Virus record (IMG/VR): IMGVR_UViG_3300035698_007508
Span: 32,001-96,000 of that record
From: a virus
Reading direction: 5' to 3' (one strand)
Length of the DNA: 64,000 nucleotides
The notes beneath the pieces were generated by a model, which saw only the letters and a program-made list of their open reading frames with translations, was not told where the DNA came from and made no database searches. Below are positions 37,016-46,673 of this stretch, one piece after another; positions within the stretch are counted from its first letter, which is position 1; each line of letters begins with the position of its first letter. Made by a program: the position numbers and the translations under genes.

Positions 37016-37720
37016 ATGATGAACTACCCAGAGTATGACAGCTGGCAGGCGGACCCCACCCCCGAGAACCTCGGTGCGGTCATGCGCGCAGTTGATCCCG
37101 TGCTCGTCAGCGAGGTCCAGCGTTATGCTGGGCCCAAAGACATTTTACACGTCAAGGCTAAAGGCCTGGCGATCAAGGCCATCCGGTCTTACGACGCGAC
37201 CAAGGGCGCCAACCTCCGGTCATGGGTCACGACCCAGTTGCAGCCATTGTCCCGCTACGGCCAGCAGCTGCAGCCTGTGCGCGTGCCGGAAGCAGTACGG
37301 CGTCAGGCTGCGGAAGCGCACACCCAGTCAGAGCGCTTGCACGACGACCTGGGCCGTATGCCTACCGATACGGAGCTGGCGGACCACATGGGCCTGTCGG
37401 TCGCCAAGATCCAGAAGCTACGCAGCCGGGTGCGCGCAACCATGTCTGAATCGCAGATGACCGCGCCGAAGGGCGGCGTACCGGGCGCCATGCCGGCAAC
37501 TCAGTTCCCATCCGGAGCCGACTATGCGTTCGAGGCTGTGTACCAGGACTTGGGGCCGCGTGAGAAGGTCATTGTCGACTGGAAGACAGGCTCCCACGGT
37601 AAAGAGCAGTTGAGCAACCAAGAGATCGCACAGCGGCTGGGCGTTTCACCCGCCCTGATTACGCAGATCACCGGCCGACTGGTGGCGCAAATTCAGGAGG
37701 TAGCGAGCCATGGCGTTTAG
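37016..37720 (+). CDS. Phage RNA polymerase sigma factor (sigma70 family, group 3/FliA-like domain set)
   Basis: Region 2 KAIRSYDATKGANLRSWV; region 3 LGRMPTDTELADHMGLS; region 4 HTH LGPREKVI..LSNQEIAQRLGVSPALITQI. Confidence 0.88.
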   Translation: MMNYPEYDSWQADPTPENLGAVMRAVDPVLVSEVQRYAGPKDILHVKAKGLAIKAIRSYDATKGANLRSWVTTQLQPLSRYGQQLQPVRVPEAVRRQAAEAHTQSERLHDDLGRMPTDTELADHMGLSVAKIQKLRSRVRATMSESQMTAPKGGVPGAMPATQFPSGADYAFEAVYQDLGPREKVIVDWKTGSHGKEQLSNQEIAQRLGVSPALITQITGRLVAQIQEVASHGV

Positions 37721-38102
37721 CGAAGCTGTTGGATTTGTAAAGGGCTACTTGGAGAAACACGAGGAGCAGTTGCGTACTGGTACGCGTCTGGAGTGGGCGA
37801 TGAACGCTGACGTCGCGGACATCGATACCCAGTTCTCCAGTACGGCGGAGAACGGGGAGTGGGCCGGGATGTATGCGCAATCCCGGCCAGACGTGAACAA
37901 GCTTATCGGTGTGCGTACCAAGATTGCATGGTTGGCCGGAGCACGCCGTGATATGCGTACCCAGTTCGCGTGCGGCAGGCTCTGTCGGTTACGCACACAG
38001 CAGGACCACGATCGCATAGCCCTGTCCCAGTACACCTGGGCCGCTAAAGGGCTGCAACGCTTATTGGGTATTGTCAACATCGAGCGGAGCCAGAAAATAT
38101 GA
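37710..38102 (+). CDS. Hypothetical protein
   Basis: 130 aa, overlapping both neighbours; GGAGG SD. Confidence 0.7.
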   Translation: MAFSEAVGFVKGYLEKHEEQLRTGTRLEWAMNADVADIDTQFSSTAENGEWAGMYAQSRPDVNKLIGVRTKIAWLAGARRDMRTQFACGRLCRLRTQQDHDRIALSQYTWAAKGLQRLLGIVNIERSQKI

Positions 38103-38593
38103 TGAGGGCTTACACAGCAGATTACGCAGATCGTCAGATCGACCTGGAGTTTATGCAGTCGATCTTACGGCCCACCGGTACCACGGCGCTGGACCTGTCG
38201 TTTACGGCCCAGGACGCTCGGGCTGTCACCGGTATGCAGAAATTGGCGCAACGGTACACCATCTTACTGCTCACGCAGCTTACGGACGTGCAATTCGCCA
38301 CGGATCAGGGAACTACGTTTTGGCAGGATATGCTACGTGGTGCGGCTCAGAACAGCGGGCAGGTTGCGATGGCGTTCAACTTCGCCAGTATTGACGCCGT
38401 GACGCAGATGCAGGTTGAGGATGGCGACGACACGTTCGGGCCCATCCCGGACGATGAACGGATTCAGACAGCAACGCTATTAGATTTCGATGTTAATGTG
38501 GTTACCGCGACGTTGTACCTACGCGTATTGTTGCGTAGCCGCACGGGTGACGCGTACACATACGTACTGCCTACCACGGTAGCGAGGAGATAA
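38099..38593 (+). CDS. Baseplate wedge subunit gp25/gpW-like
   Basis: VTGMQKLAQRYTILLLTQL...DQGT and DDERIQTATL..LYLRVLL; directly upstream of a J-like gene. Confidence 0.7.
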   Translation: MMRAYTADYADRQIDLEFMQSILRPTGTTALDLSFTAQDARAVTGMQKLAQRYTILLLTQLTDVQFATDQGTTFWQDMLRGAAQNSGQVAMAFNFASIDAVTQMQVEDGDDTFGPIPDDERIQTATLLDFDVNVVTATLYLRVLLRSRTGDAYTYVLPTTVARR

Positions 38594-38595
38594 TT

Positions 38596-40251
38596 ATGAC
38601 TACAACACTTAACAATGTGACCCAAGCCACGTTTGAGCAGGCCGAGGCCACTGTGATCGCACTTATGCGTGAGGCATACCCGGCCTTGGACTTACGCCGT
38701 GGCACCGTCCTACGTGAGTTGCTGGTACGTCCGGCCAGCGAATTCTACGCATTGGAGGATGACCGTTATAACCATCTGCAGTTGACACGTTCGTTGGCGG
38801 AGATTGCGGCCAACCCCGGTGAGGCCACTTCGGACGACGTAAACCACGTACTGGCCAATTTCAATATGACCATGCGGGTGGGCTCCACCGCACATGGTAC
38901 GCTGCTGGTCAGGGTCCAGTACGACCGGGGTTACTACATACCTGCTACGTTCCTGGTCGAAGTATCAGGCGGTATCCAGTACAAGGTGGAGCAGGCGTAC
39001 AACGTCAGTTCGGATACCAGTGTGGCCGCGGGCCATATTCAGCTGCAGGGGCCCACGACCGACCAGTCTTACTACTTCCTACTGCCTGTCGTGGCTGTTG
39101 CGGTAGGCGCGACTGCTAGCATTACGGCCGGTACCGCGGTGGATGCGGTCACGGCCTTTCACGGTTTCATCGCTGCTGAGGCATATACTGACTTTACGGG
39201 CGGCACCGATCCAGAGACCGTGAACCAGCTGATCACGCGTATGCCGGCCGCCATTTCCAACCGAAGCTTGGATAGCCGTAATGCGATCGAGGCTATCTTG
39301 CGCAGTCCGGAAGGCGGCGGATTCGACGACACGTTGCAGGAACTGTCTGTACAGGGTTATGGTGATCCAGGCCAGCTGCGTGATAAACACAACGCGCAAG
39401 GCGTGGCTATGGGCGGTAAGGCCGATATCTATGTCCGGACGTTCCGGCAGCCCGCGACGGTTGTACTGGAGAAGACAGGTACGCGTATCGCGTCAAATAC
39501 GTACCAGTTCACGCTCGGCCGTGACGAGGCGCCCGGGTTCTATGCTGTACGCATGGTGACTGATGCCGGAGTAGCTGCGTCGCCGTTTCTGGATTTCCAG
39601 ACGTTGCCGGCGGTGGGCTCTTACGCGCTTCTCGACACCCGTGGCAGCTCTGGCCTGTCTGCCACCATTCATGATATCGACGCGACCAACTCGATCGTAG
39701 AGACGGCCGGCACTGTCTTCCAAACCAGTACCATTACTGTGAGTCACGTCGCTACCGGCACCGAGGATATGCATGACTTCCGAGTCGAGCTCTACGTAGC
39801 GCCGGAACTGGCTGCGATTCAGGACTACGTGGATCTTGATACCGTACGCAGTGTGAAGGCCGACCATCTAGTCCGGTGCCCGTTTATCTGTCTGGTAGGT
39901 GTGCGCGCTACCGTGACAGCTGCACCAGGCGCTGCGTTAGACCTCACAGCCATGCGGACAGCGGTTGCCGACTACATCAACAGTCGTAGCTTCGTAAACG
40001 AGTTGACCGAGAGTGAGATCCTAGGCGTGCTACACACGTTCCAGATTGCCCGAGTGGATACCAGCGACGATACCCAGCGGGGTTTCGAGCTGCAAGGCGT
40101 CATCCGTGATGCCACGGGTACGGTACACACGCTGGGCGGCCACACATTGGATATCGAAGCTTATGCCGATGCTCAGAACCTCATCTTACCCGCGACTTGT
40201 GTATTCGCCGCACACGCGGAAGACATCATCATCAACGTGAGTAGCACATGA
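38596..40251 (+). CDS. Baseplate J-like protein (gp6/gpJ/gp47)
   Basis: LDLRRGTVLRELLVRP; GSTAHGTLLV; GGTDPETVNQLITR; GGKADIYV. Confidence 0.8.
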   Translation: MTTTLNNVTQATFEQAEATVIALMREAYPALDLRRGTVLRELLVRPASEFYALEDDRYNHLQLTRSLAEIAANPGEATSDDVNHVLANFNMTMRVGSTAHGTLLVRVQYDRGYYIPATFLVEVSGGIQYKVEQAYNVSSDTSVAAGHIQLQGPTTDQSYYFLLPVVAVAVGATASITAGTAVDAVTAFHGFIAAEAYTDFTGGTDPETVNQLITRMPAAISNRSLDSRNAIEAILRSPEGGGFDDTLQELSVQGYGDPGQLRDKHNAQGVAMGGKADIYVRTFRQPATVVLEKTGTRIASNTYQFTLGRDEAPGFYAVRMVTDAGVAASPFLDFQTLPAVGSYALLDTRGSSGLSATIHDIDATNSIVETAGTVFQTSTITVSHVATGTEDMHDFRVELYVAPELAAIQDYVDLDTVRSVKADHLVRCPFICLVGVRATVTAAPGAALDLTAMRTAVADYINSRSFVNELTESEILGVLHTFQIARVDTSDDTQRGFELQGVIRDATGTVHTLGGHTLDIEAYADAQNLILPATCVFAAHAEDIIINVSST

Positions 40252-41897
40252 ACCAAACACCGTCATTGCCCATAGCAGACCTGGCCCCAGCCGGCGACAA
40301 AGCGTTCGACTGGTTGGGTAAACTGTGGACATCTATCTTCGACGACAGCGACCTGATCCGTAACTGGACGACGGCGCAGGCCCTGCTATCGACACAGCTG
40401 TATCTCAACTTCCTGGAGACACTCCAGCTGCCCGACCGTACCAAATCGCCTGTGTTCCACCGGGACCGCTGGCGTATGCTGACGATCAAACAGTCCGAGC
40501 AGAACACCGGACCCGCTGTGGCTCTACGCCTGGGTAGCACGTACACGCCCGTGGTAGGCCCACAGGTCAGCGCGCCGTTCACGCCCGGGACTACGCCGCA
40601 GATCGGCGGCCACGCCGCTATTACAGGCCTCACGGCCTACCCGCTGGATACAGATATCACACAAGTTTCTACGGTCATTGTCGACGATATCGTGACACCG
40701 ACCAAGGTACTGGTCAGCGGCGTGGACTTCCGTATCGAAAATGGTACGATCCTGTTCTACAACTACAATGACCCGTTCACGCTGGGATTTCCATCCCGTG
40801 CGATCCACACTGCCGCAGGTGATGACGTGGAGATCGCTTTGTGGGCCGGTGACGCGCTCGTAGACCGCGACTACGTGTACAAGCACCTTGGGTACGTCCT
40901 GGGCCTGCGGGATGTGTCCAGCGAGTTCTACAGCACGTATCTGAATGCACTGTGGGACGTGTATAATAACGGCGCCAGTATCGCATTGTTCCGCAGCGGT
41001 GTGGCGGCGTTACTCGATGAGCCCTACATTCAGGAGCAGTGCGAGATAGTGCAGCAGGTGCTGACCAGTCCCCGCCGCCAGGTCATCACGGACAAACACG
41101 TATATAAAATTCCGCAATCTGCGACTTTAAGGGCCCAAATAGTCCGCGGCGCCGTACTACATACCGGTGAATTGCTGACCGAAACACTACACATTTGGGA
41201 CAATTTGGATCCAACCCGACTGTCGGCCGACGCCCAGGACGCGGCGCAGCTCCGGGCAGATGTACCGGCCTTCTTCCTACCCTCTGGCTTCTTCCGTGCC
41301 GAGCTCAAGCACGGCCTGGGTGTGACCTGGGAGCTCACACCACTCACGTATAGTGGTCAGGACACTAATGGCAATCCGAAGCTGCGATTCACTGTTTACG
41401 GAGCAGATTACGACATCGAGGCGTTTTGGTCCGACTTCGATGCGTACTGCGAAACACATAACATATCAGGTCAGACTTGCTTTACGGATGAGCTGCATGG
41501 TACATTGACTCCGGTAGTTGGGGCAGAATGGGGAACGGTATCCCCGTTCGAGTACTTCCTGTCCAATTACTTGAAAGCGAATCTGCTGATTGTGGCGGTC
41601 GATTCGGATAAGCTGAGTGCACAGGGTCGTCAGACACTGCATCTGCTGGGTAACCTGCAGAACGGGATACCGGCACACACTTGCTTTTTCGTGGTGGACC
41701 ATCAGAGCGTCGGACCAGACCCTTACGACCTGGCTGAGCAGACAGAAGATAGTGTGCTGCCGATACTGGCAATGCCGCTGTACGAAATGGCCGGCACAGG
41801 AGTGTACGTTAAGACTAACCTGCGGTACGGTGATGCGAGACCACGCATCGCCTGGGTACCAAAATGTCGGAGAGAAACGGATGAAGCGAATACATGA
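40248..41897 (+). CDS. Baseplate wedge protein (gp7/gpI-like, putative)
   Basis: Follows J; YKHLGYVLGL...YLNALWDVYNNGASIALFRSGVAALL pattern. Confidence 0.5.
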   Translation: MNQTPSLPIADLAPAGDKAFDWLGKLWTSIFDDSDLIRNWTTAQALLSTQLYLNFLETLQLPDRTKSPVFHRDRWRMLTIKQSEQNTGPAVALRLGSTYTPVVGPQVSAPFTPGTTPQIGGHAAITGLTAYPLDTDITQVSTVIVDDIVTPTKVLVSGVDFRIENGTILFYNYNDPFTLGFPSRAIHTAAGDDVEIALWAGDALVDRDYVYKHLGYVLGLRDVSSEFYSTYLNALWDVYNNGASIALFRSGVAALLDEPYIQEQCEIVQQVLTSPRRQVITDKHVYKIPQSATLRAQIVRGAVLHTGELLTETLHIWDNLDPTRLSADAQDAAQLRADVPAFFLPSGFFRAELKHGLGVTWELTPLTYSGQDTNGNPKLRFTVYGADYDIEAFWSDFDAYCETHNISGQTCFTDELHGTLTPVVGAEWGTVSPFEYFLSNYLKANLLIVAVDSDKLSAQGRQTLHLLGNLQNGIPAHTCFFVVDHQSVGPDPYDLAEQTEDSVLPILAMPLYEMAGTGVYVKTNLRYGDARPRIAWVPKCRRETDEANT

Positions 41898-42519
41898 TAT
41901 CGGTCCCGGGTGCACGGGACGCATTGAAGTGAAGTTGGTGGATGCACACGGCAACTTTCGACCGTTTCTACGACGTTCGAATACCATTGCGTACTCCGCT
42001 GCGGACCTGATGGCTCGTGCGTTAGGCGGAGACGACACGTACCTACCGCGACACATCGGCTTCATCTACGGGACCGGGGCATCGCCGCTTATGGATGACC
42101 CGGATCTACTGCCGGCCGCAACACGCCGGAACCATGACTGGGCCAAGATTGCGAGTGACGTAGCTGCGATCGGTGGCAACATCGCCATCTGCCCATACGC
42201 CATGGCGCCATCGCTGTCACTAGACGGTAACTCCGGGCTATACACGGCCAACGCTGTGACGTTCACCGGTCACACAGGACTCGTGCGGGAGTACGGCTTC
42301 TCGACGACAGGTGCGACGTACGCTGCTGACATAGACACTGTTACGGCCAGTGACCCCGACGCACTCTATTTCTACCAGGCGGTACTGCTGAACAGGTGGC
42401 AGTCGGGCACCGCCATCACGTATACGCCGTTTGCGCGTGCTGCCCTCGGATCGGCACCTTTTACGCCGAAGCCAGACAACTTCGAGCTGGCAGTCTATTG
42501 GACCATCACGTTCAAGTAA
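41881..42519 (+). CDS. Baseplate/tail-fibre attachment protein (putative)
   Basis: GGAGAG SD, ATG 41881; NTIAYSAADLMARALGG..HIGFIYGTG and terminal KPDNFELAVYWTITF resemble fibre-proximal domains. Confidence 0.5.
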   Translation: MKRIHDIGPGCTGRIEVKLVDAHGNFRPFLRRSNTIAYSAADLMARALGGDDTYLPRHIGFIYGTGASPLMDDPDLLPAATRRNHDWAKIASDVAAIGGNIAICPYAMAPSLSLDGNSGLYTANAVTFTGHTGLVREYGFSTTGATYAADIDTVTASDPDALYFYQAVLLNRWQSGTAITYTPFARAALGSAPFTPKPDNFELAVYWTITFK

Positions 42520-42528
42520 GGAGTCATC

Positions 42529-45500
42529 ATGTCATTGTGGGTACAAGTAATCGGATTTGCGAATGGCGAGTACGTTGAGGAGGATACGCTCAACCGGCCT
42601 GTGATTCAGCTGCGTGAGCGTACGGATTTCTTGTACGGCCGCATGCAGGACCTGGCAGGTGCGGGCAATTTCGAAGCACTGCGCCTTGTGGACGTCTCGC
42701 TGGCCAGCGATCAGGACGCGCCGGCAGTCAAGGATATCGTGTACCTGGACCCGGCGACGCGTCTATACACGAAGGCTGTGGCACGGGCCACGATCGAGAG
42801 CAACGTGTTTCAATTGGCAAATGACTCGGCATACGCCGTAGGCATACTGGTCAGTAAGTCCGGGGACCGCGGTACGGTGCTCGTGTCAGGTAAGCTGGCG
42901 CTGACCGATACGGGGCCCTGGGATCTGTCTACGCTGGTAGAGGATGGCGAAGAGTTTCGTCCCGGCCCGTACTACCTGTCCGCACAGACGCCCGGCAAGA
43001 TGACTGCGTACCCTAGCGGTATGGCCATTTACATCGGGTACTTCACAGACGCGGCGGCCACGCCCGGCTCGGGCGGTGTCGCACTAATTAGCCCGCAGTA
43101 CAAGGATGTGGGCGAGGCTCACTTGCATCGTGCATTCGCGCTCGCAGGGCAGCCTGCGGGTACACAGGTGATCACCGGCAGCATCCCGAACGCACAGCAT
43201 ACGCTGGTCGGCCATGACCCGCGCAGTACGAGCCAGAGCGTACACAGCGCGCATACAGGCGCTGACGCTGCTACCGTGCTATTCGACGGTCTGTTCAATT
43301 TCACGCTCGCCAACTACATCGGCCTGCTCGTCACGAACGTGACCACTGCCGAATCCAGCCGCGTAACGGACAATGACACCGACGAGGTCGAGACCGCTGA
43401 CGATATCCTGTGGGATACTGGCGATGACTGGTACATGAGCCCACGTGTGCGTCTGAGCATTCTCGGACCGTTCACCGGCAACGACAGCACGAGCTACACG
43501 CTGACCCTCACCGATTCTACCGGGTTGGCGGTTGCCGGCTCCAACGCGCCTGGAAACGGCACGTACGGCTTTGCGGACGCATACCTTAAGTGGGTATCCA
43601 GTGACCCTACCGAGGGCGATGGTATCGTACGCCTGGTCGGCTACGAAGTACCCGTACCGTTTGGTACCAAGGGTTGCCGTGCGGTCCTGGAGAACGCACT
43701 GGAGGACAGCGGCGTTGCCGATGAGCTGTGGAATTGGTGTGAGGCAGCTACGGAGGACCTGTCGCGGCGTCAGTGGACCGTTACGGTGCCCGATGACACG
43801 CGGGGCTGGCGCGCACGTAAGTTCCGCCAGTTTGCCGCCAATAACCAGGCTGTGAACGGTGGCTTTTCGCTCGTAACCTTTGGGACGTACGCCAACACGG
43901 GCGACCGTCTGGAGGAGGAACTCATGATCGTTGCCTCACGGCTGTACAAGCTGGTATACGCCAGCAACCCCGTAGACGGCGACACGATCACAGTGGGCGA
44001 CGCTACCTATGAGTTTGACGATGATGGTACAGTCAGTGACGCGAACCATATCCAGGTCGTGATTGACTATGCCAGTGCGGATGATACCTACGCTGCGCTG
44101 CGCGACGCTATGCTGGCGTACGGCGCCGAAGGTACGCACGTAGCCACGGATGAAGATACCAACGCGCTGTTCATCGCGGTACTGCCGGCCGAGACTGTTG
44201 CCCTATCCGGTGGTTTCACCGGCACGACCCTGACGCTGCTTGCGGCCGGTACAGCGACTGATATCAGCGCCGGAACCCCGATGCTACTGGTGTACGACAC
44301 CGACAACGTATCACAGGTTCCGGGCGCGCTTGGCTACTGGAATAACGTTCAGTACTTCGTACCGGTCACACTCAAGAACGGCGTCAAACTCATGTTCACC
44401 CCGTTCGACCAGTCTGGTACGGACGTTACGAGTTCGGCGGTTGCCGGTGGCGACTATTGGACCGTGGAACTCGTCGACGAAGCGCCTGGCGCACTGTTCG
44501 AGTACGCGCTGGACATGGACAGTGCGCTGCGTCAGTACTACCCGCCTGTCCCTCTGGCAGCGGCTGCCATGGTCGTCAACGGCGTCGAGATGGAGAGCTA
44601 TGCCACGCATCCGGCCAACCCGGCTTGGCGTCCGGCCTACGGCGGCCTGTATTGGTACGACGACACATACGGCCGCGTACCGTGGCCTGTGGATTGGGTC
44701 TCAAGCGCCGTACCCGGCATCTACCCGACGTTGACTACACTGTACATGGTGCACATGCGCGTACAGGACACGTCGGTTGTCACGAGTTTGCAGCCAGCCC
44801 CGGGCTCACCCATCAGGGTCACACGCTGCGGTACGACTGATCCGGCTACTACAGGCGATCTGATGCTGGATGTTGAACTTACGCTGTCCGAGGAGAACGC
44901 CGGGCTGGATGATTATCTGGTACTTAAGCGTGTACAGGGTACGAAGCTGTTGAAGGGCCCCGTGGTCTCCAAGATCCGCCAAGGTGCGGGTATCGCCATC
45001 AGCTCACCGCCAGGCGTGCCTGAGGGTGCTGGCGAAGTCACGATCAGTCTATCAGACGCGCAGGACTACGCTGGTGACTTCGGAAAGCTGGCGTACCGCA
45101 ATGCCAAGCAGGAACTGATCGGTATGTTCCCGTACACCCGCTTACTGGGCTGGACCACCGGCAACCAGAACGTACCTTCCGGCCTTGTTGCCCAGTTCCA
45201 GGTGCCGTACACGGTACAAGGTGAATACCAAGTGTTCGTGTACATGACCGTCTTCGGTGAAGAGGACATTCCGTTAGTAATCGGCGCAACCAATGCTGTC
45301 AAGTACGTGGGCCTGACGTTCGGTTACTCGGTGCTGCGTGACTATAACCCGTACACCGCGCCGGACAATGATACGTACGGTACGATGCTGGACAACGTCA
45401 TCACGCCTGCCAACGGCGCGGCTCAAGTAGAGATACCGTTGGGTATAACTGGCGGTACCGCGTACGTAGACGCTGATGGTGGCAGCAGCACGAAGGTATA

Positions 45501-45771
45501 CGGCGCGTACGATCCGATGGTGGTACACAACAACCCTAATGAGCCCGACGTGGCGGGGCGTATCGTGCGTATCCTGGATACGGCGTTCCCCAGCGTGGGC
45601 GATCTCAAGGGTAGTGTAGTCACGGATGCACCGCTGTCCAACGTGACGGTGCAGGCTGGCAGCATGGTCGGTATCGAGATACAACGTGCGGGCGTTGCCA
45701 GTGCCGCTTCCGAATACACAGGCGCGTTCGGCATCATGCAACTACGGTGGCGCCTAACCCGTGTTGACTAG
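42529..45771 (+). CDS. Large multi-domain tail fibre/baseplate protein
   Basis: N-terminal LNRPVIQLRERTDFL fibre-anchor motif; cement-like domain; shares a DGDTxTxG..EFD module with the sheath. Confidence 0.55.
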   Translation: MSLWVQVIGFANGEYVEEDTLNRPVIQLRERTDFLYGRMQDLAGAGNFEALRLVDVSLASDQDAPAVKDIVYLDPATRLYTKAVARATIESNVFQLANDSAYAVGILVSKSGDRGTVLVSGKLALTDTGPWDLSTLVEDGEEFRPGPYYLSAQTPGKMTAYPSGMAIYIGYFTDAAATPGSGGVALISPQYKDVGEAHLHRAFALAGQPAGTQVITGSIPNAQHTLVGHDPRSTSQSVHSAHTGADAATVLFDGLFNFTLANYIGLLVTNVTTAESSRVTDNDTDEVETADDILWDTGDDWYMSPRVRLSILGPFTGNDSTSYTLTLTDSTGLAVAGSNAPGNGTYGFADAYLKWVSSDPTEGDGIVRLVGYEVPVPFGTKGCRAVLENALEDSGVADELWNWCEAATEDLSRRQWTVTVPDDTRGWRARKFRQFAANNQAVNGGFSLVTFGTYANTGDRLEEELMIVASRLYKLVYASNPVDGDTITVGDATYEFDDDGTVSDANHIQVVIDYASADDTYAALRDAMLAYGAEGTHVATDEDTNALFIAVLPAETVALSGGFTGTTLTLLAAGTATDISAGTPMLLVYDTDNVSQVPGALGYWNNVQYFVPVTLKNGVKLMFTPFDQSGTDVTSSAVAGGDYWTVELVDEAPGALFEYALDMDSALRQYYPPVPLAAAAMVVNGVEMESYATHPANPAWRPAYGGLYWYDDTYGRVPWPVDWVSSAVPGIYPTLTTLYMVHMRVQDTSVVTSLQPAPGSPIRVTRCGTTDPATTGDLMLDVELTLSEENAGLDDYLVLKRVQGTKLLKGPVVSKIRQGAGIAISSPPGVPEGAGEVTISLSDAQDYAGDFGKLAYRNAKQELIGMFPYTRLLGWTTGNQNVPSGLVAQFQVPYTVQGEYQVFVYMTVFGEEDIPLVIGATNAVKYVGLTFGYSVLRDYNPYTAPDNDTYGTMLDNVITPANGAAQVEIPLGITGGTAYVDADGGSSTKVYGAYDPMVVHNNPNEPDVAGRIVRILDTAFPSVGDLKGSVVTDAPLSNVTVQAGSMVGIEIQRAGVASAASEYTGAFGIMQLRWRLTRVD

Positions 45772-45779
45772 GAGACATT

Positions 45780-46673
45780 ATGGACACGGTTTACCAGGAA
45801 TGGTTGAATCAGAATGCGTATCGTGCGTACCCGCTACGTGAGGACACGTCGCGGGTATCGACAGATGTCATGCAGATCACGCTACCTACGTACCTGTTGG
45901 TCGACTTCATAATCACGGTGCCTGGCGACAGCACTTTTGAGCTGACACTCGGTAAGCTGGCGTTCGTCGGCGGGTTCCTGACGTGCCTGTTCGTTGACGA
46001 CGATGGCGTGACTGTGTGTACGTTGGCCGTGGATACGAGCAGCCACACGGCCTACCAGGCGTACGAGCTCGTAGGGCAGGGGGCGTATGAGGATTGCCGC
46101 GGTAAGGCCGTCCTGGGTGACCTGGCGAAACTCAGGAACGATGTACCCGACGGCGCCTATACGTATAACGACACCGTGCTGGAGGCCAGCGTCGTGCGGC
46201 CTGATATCCGGGGTGTGCGCTCGTTACAGACGGCCAGCGGTGATGTATTGTCCGAGCGTATTTTCGGGCATGTACGCCTGATCGAAGGCGCCAATATCCG
46301 GCTCACGTACCTACCGGATCAGAATGGTATCCGCATCGACGCCATCGACGGCGCAGGCTTTAACGAAACGTGCGAATGCGACGAACAATACCAGCTCCCG
46401 GACTGCGTGCGACGCGTTGGCGGTATCAATGCTGAGGACGTACAGATTGTCGGCGATGGTAAGTGCGTGGATGTCTCGGTGTCTGGTAATACGATCACGA
46501 TCTCTGATACGTGCTCGGAGCCGTGTTGCGGTTGCCCCGAACTGGAGTTCATCACGACTCACCTCGACTTGCTGCAGTCCACCCTAACCCGCGTAGAGGA
46601 GTATGCCGATGTGTTACGCAACCGCACGCTCGAATTGATCACGAGTATGCTGGCAGCAACACGAGGTGGTTAA
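45780..46673 (+). CDS. Tail/baseplate paralog family member 1
   Basis: YQEWLNQNAYRAYPLRED N-terminal motif; Cys-rich C-terminus and coiled coil. Confidence 0.7.
   Translation: MDTVYQEWLNQNAYRAYPLREDTSRVSTDVMQITLPTYLLVDFIITVPGDSTFELTLGKLAFVGGFLTCLFVDDDGVTVCTLAVDTSSHTAYQAYELVGQGAYEDCRGKAVLGDLAKLRNDVPDGAYTYNDTVLEASVVRPDIRGVRSLQTASGDVLSERIFGHVRLIEGANIRLTYLPDQNGIRIDAIDGAGFNETCECDEQYQLPDCVRRVGGINAEDVQIVGDGKCVDVSVSGNTITISDTCSEPCCGCPELEFITTHLDLLQSTLTRVEEYADVLRNRTLELITSMLAATRGG

Noticed and set aside
21739-45771. Extracellular contractile injection system, T6SS or tailocin locus
   Set aside because: Capsid, protease, scaffold, neck, RNAP and sigma genes are in the same run and no host genes flank it, so it is a phage tail.
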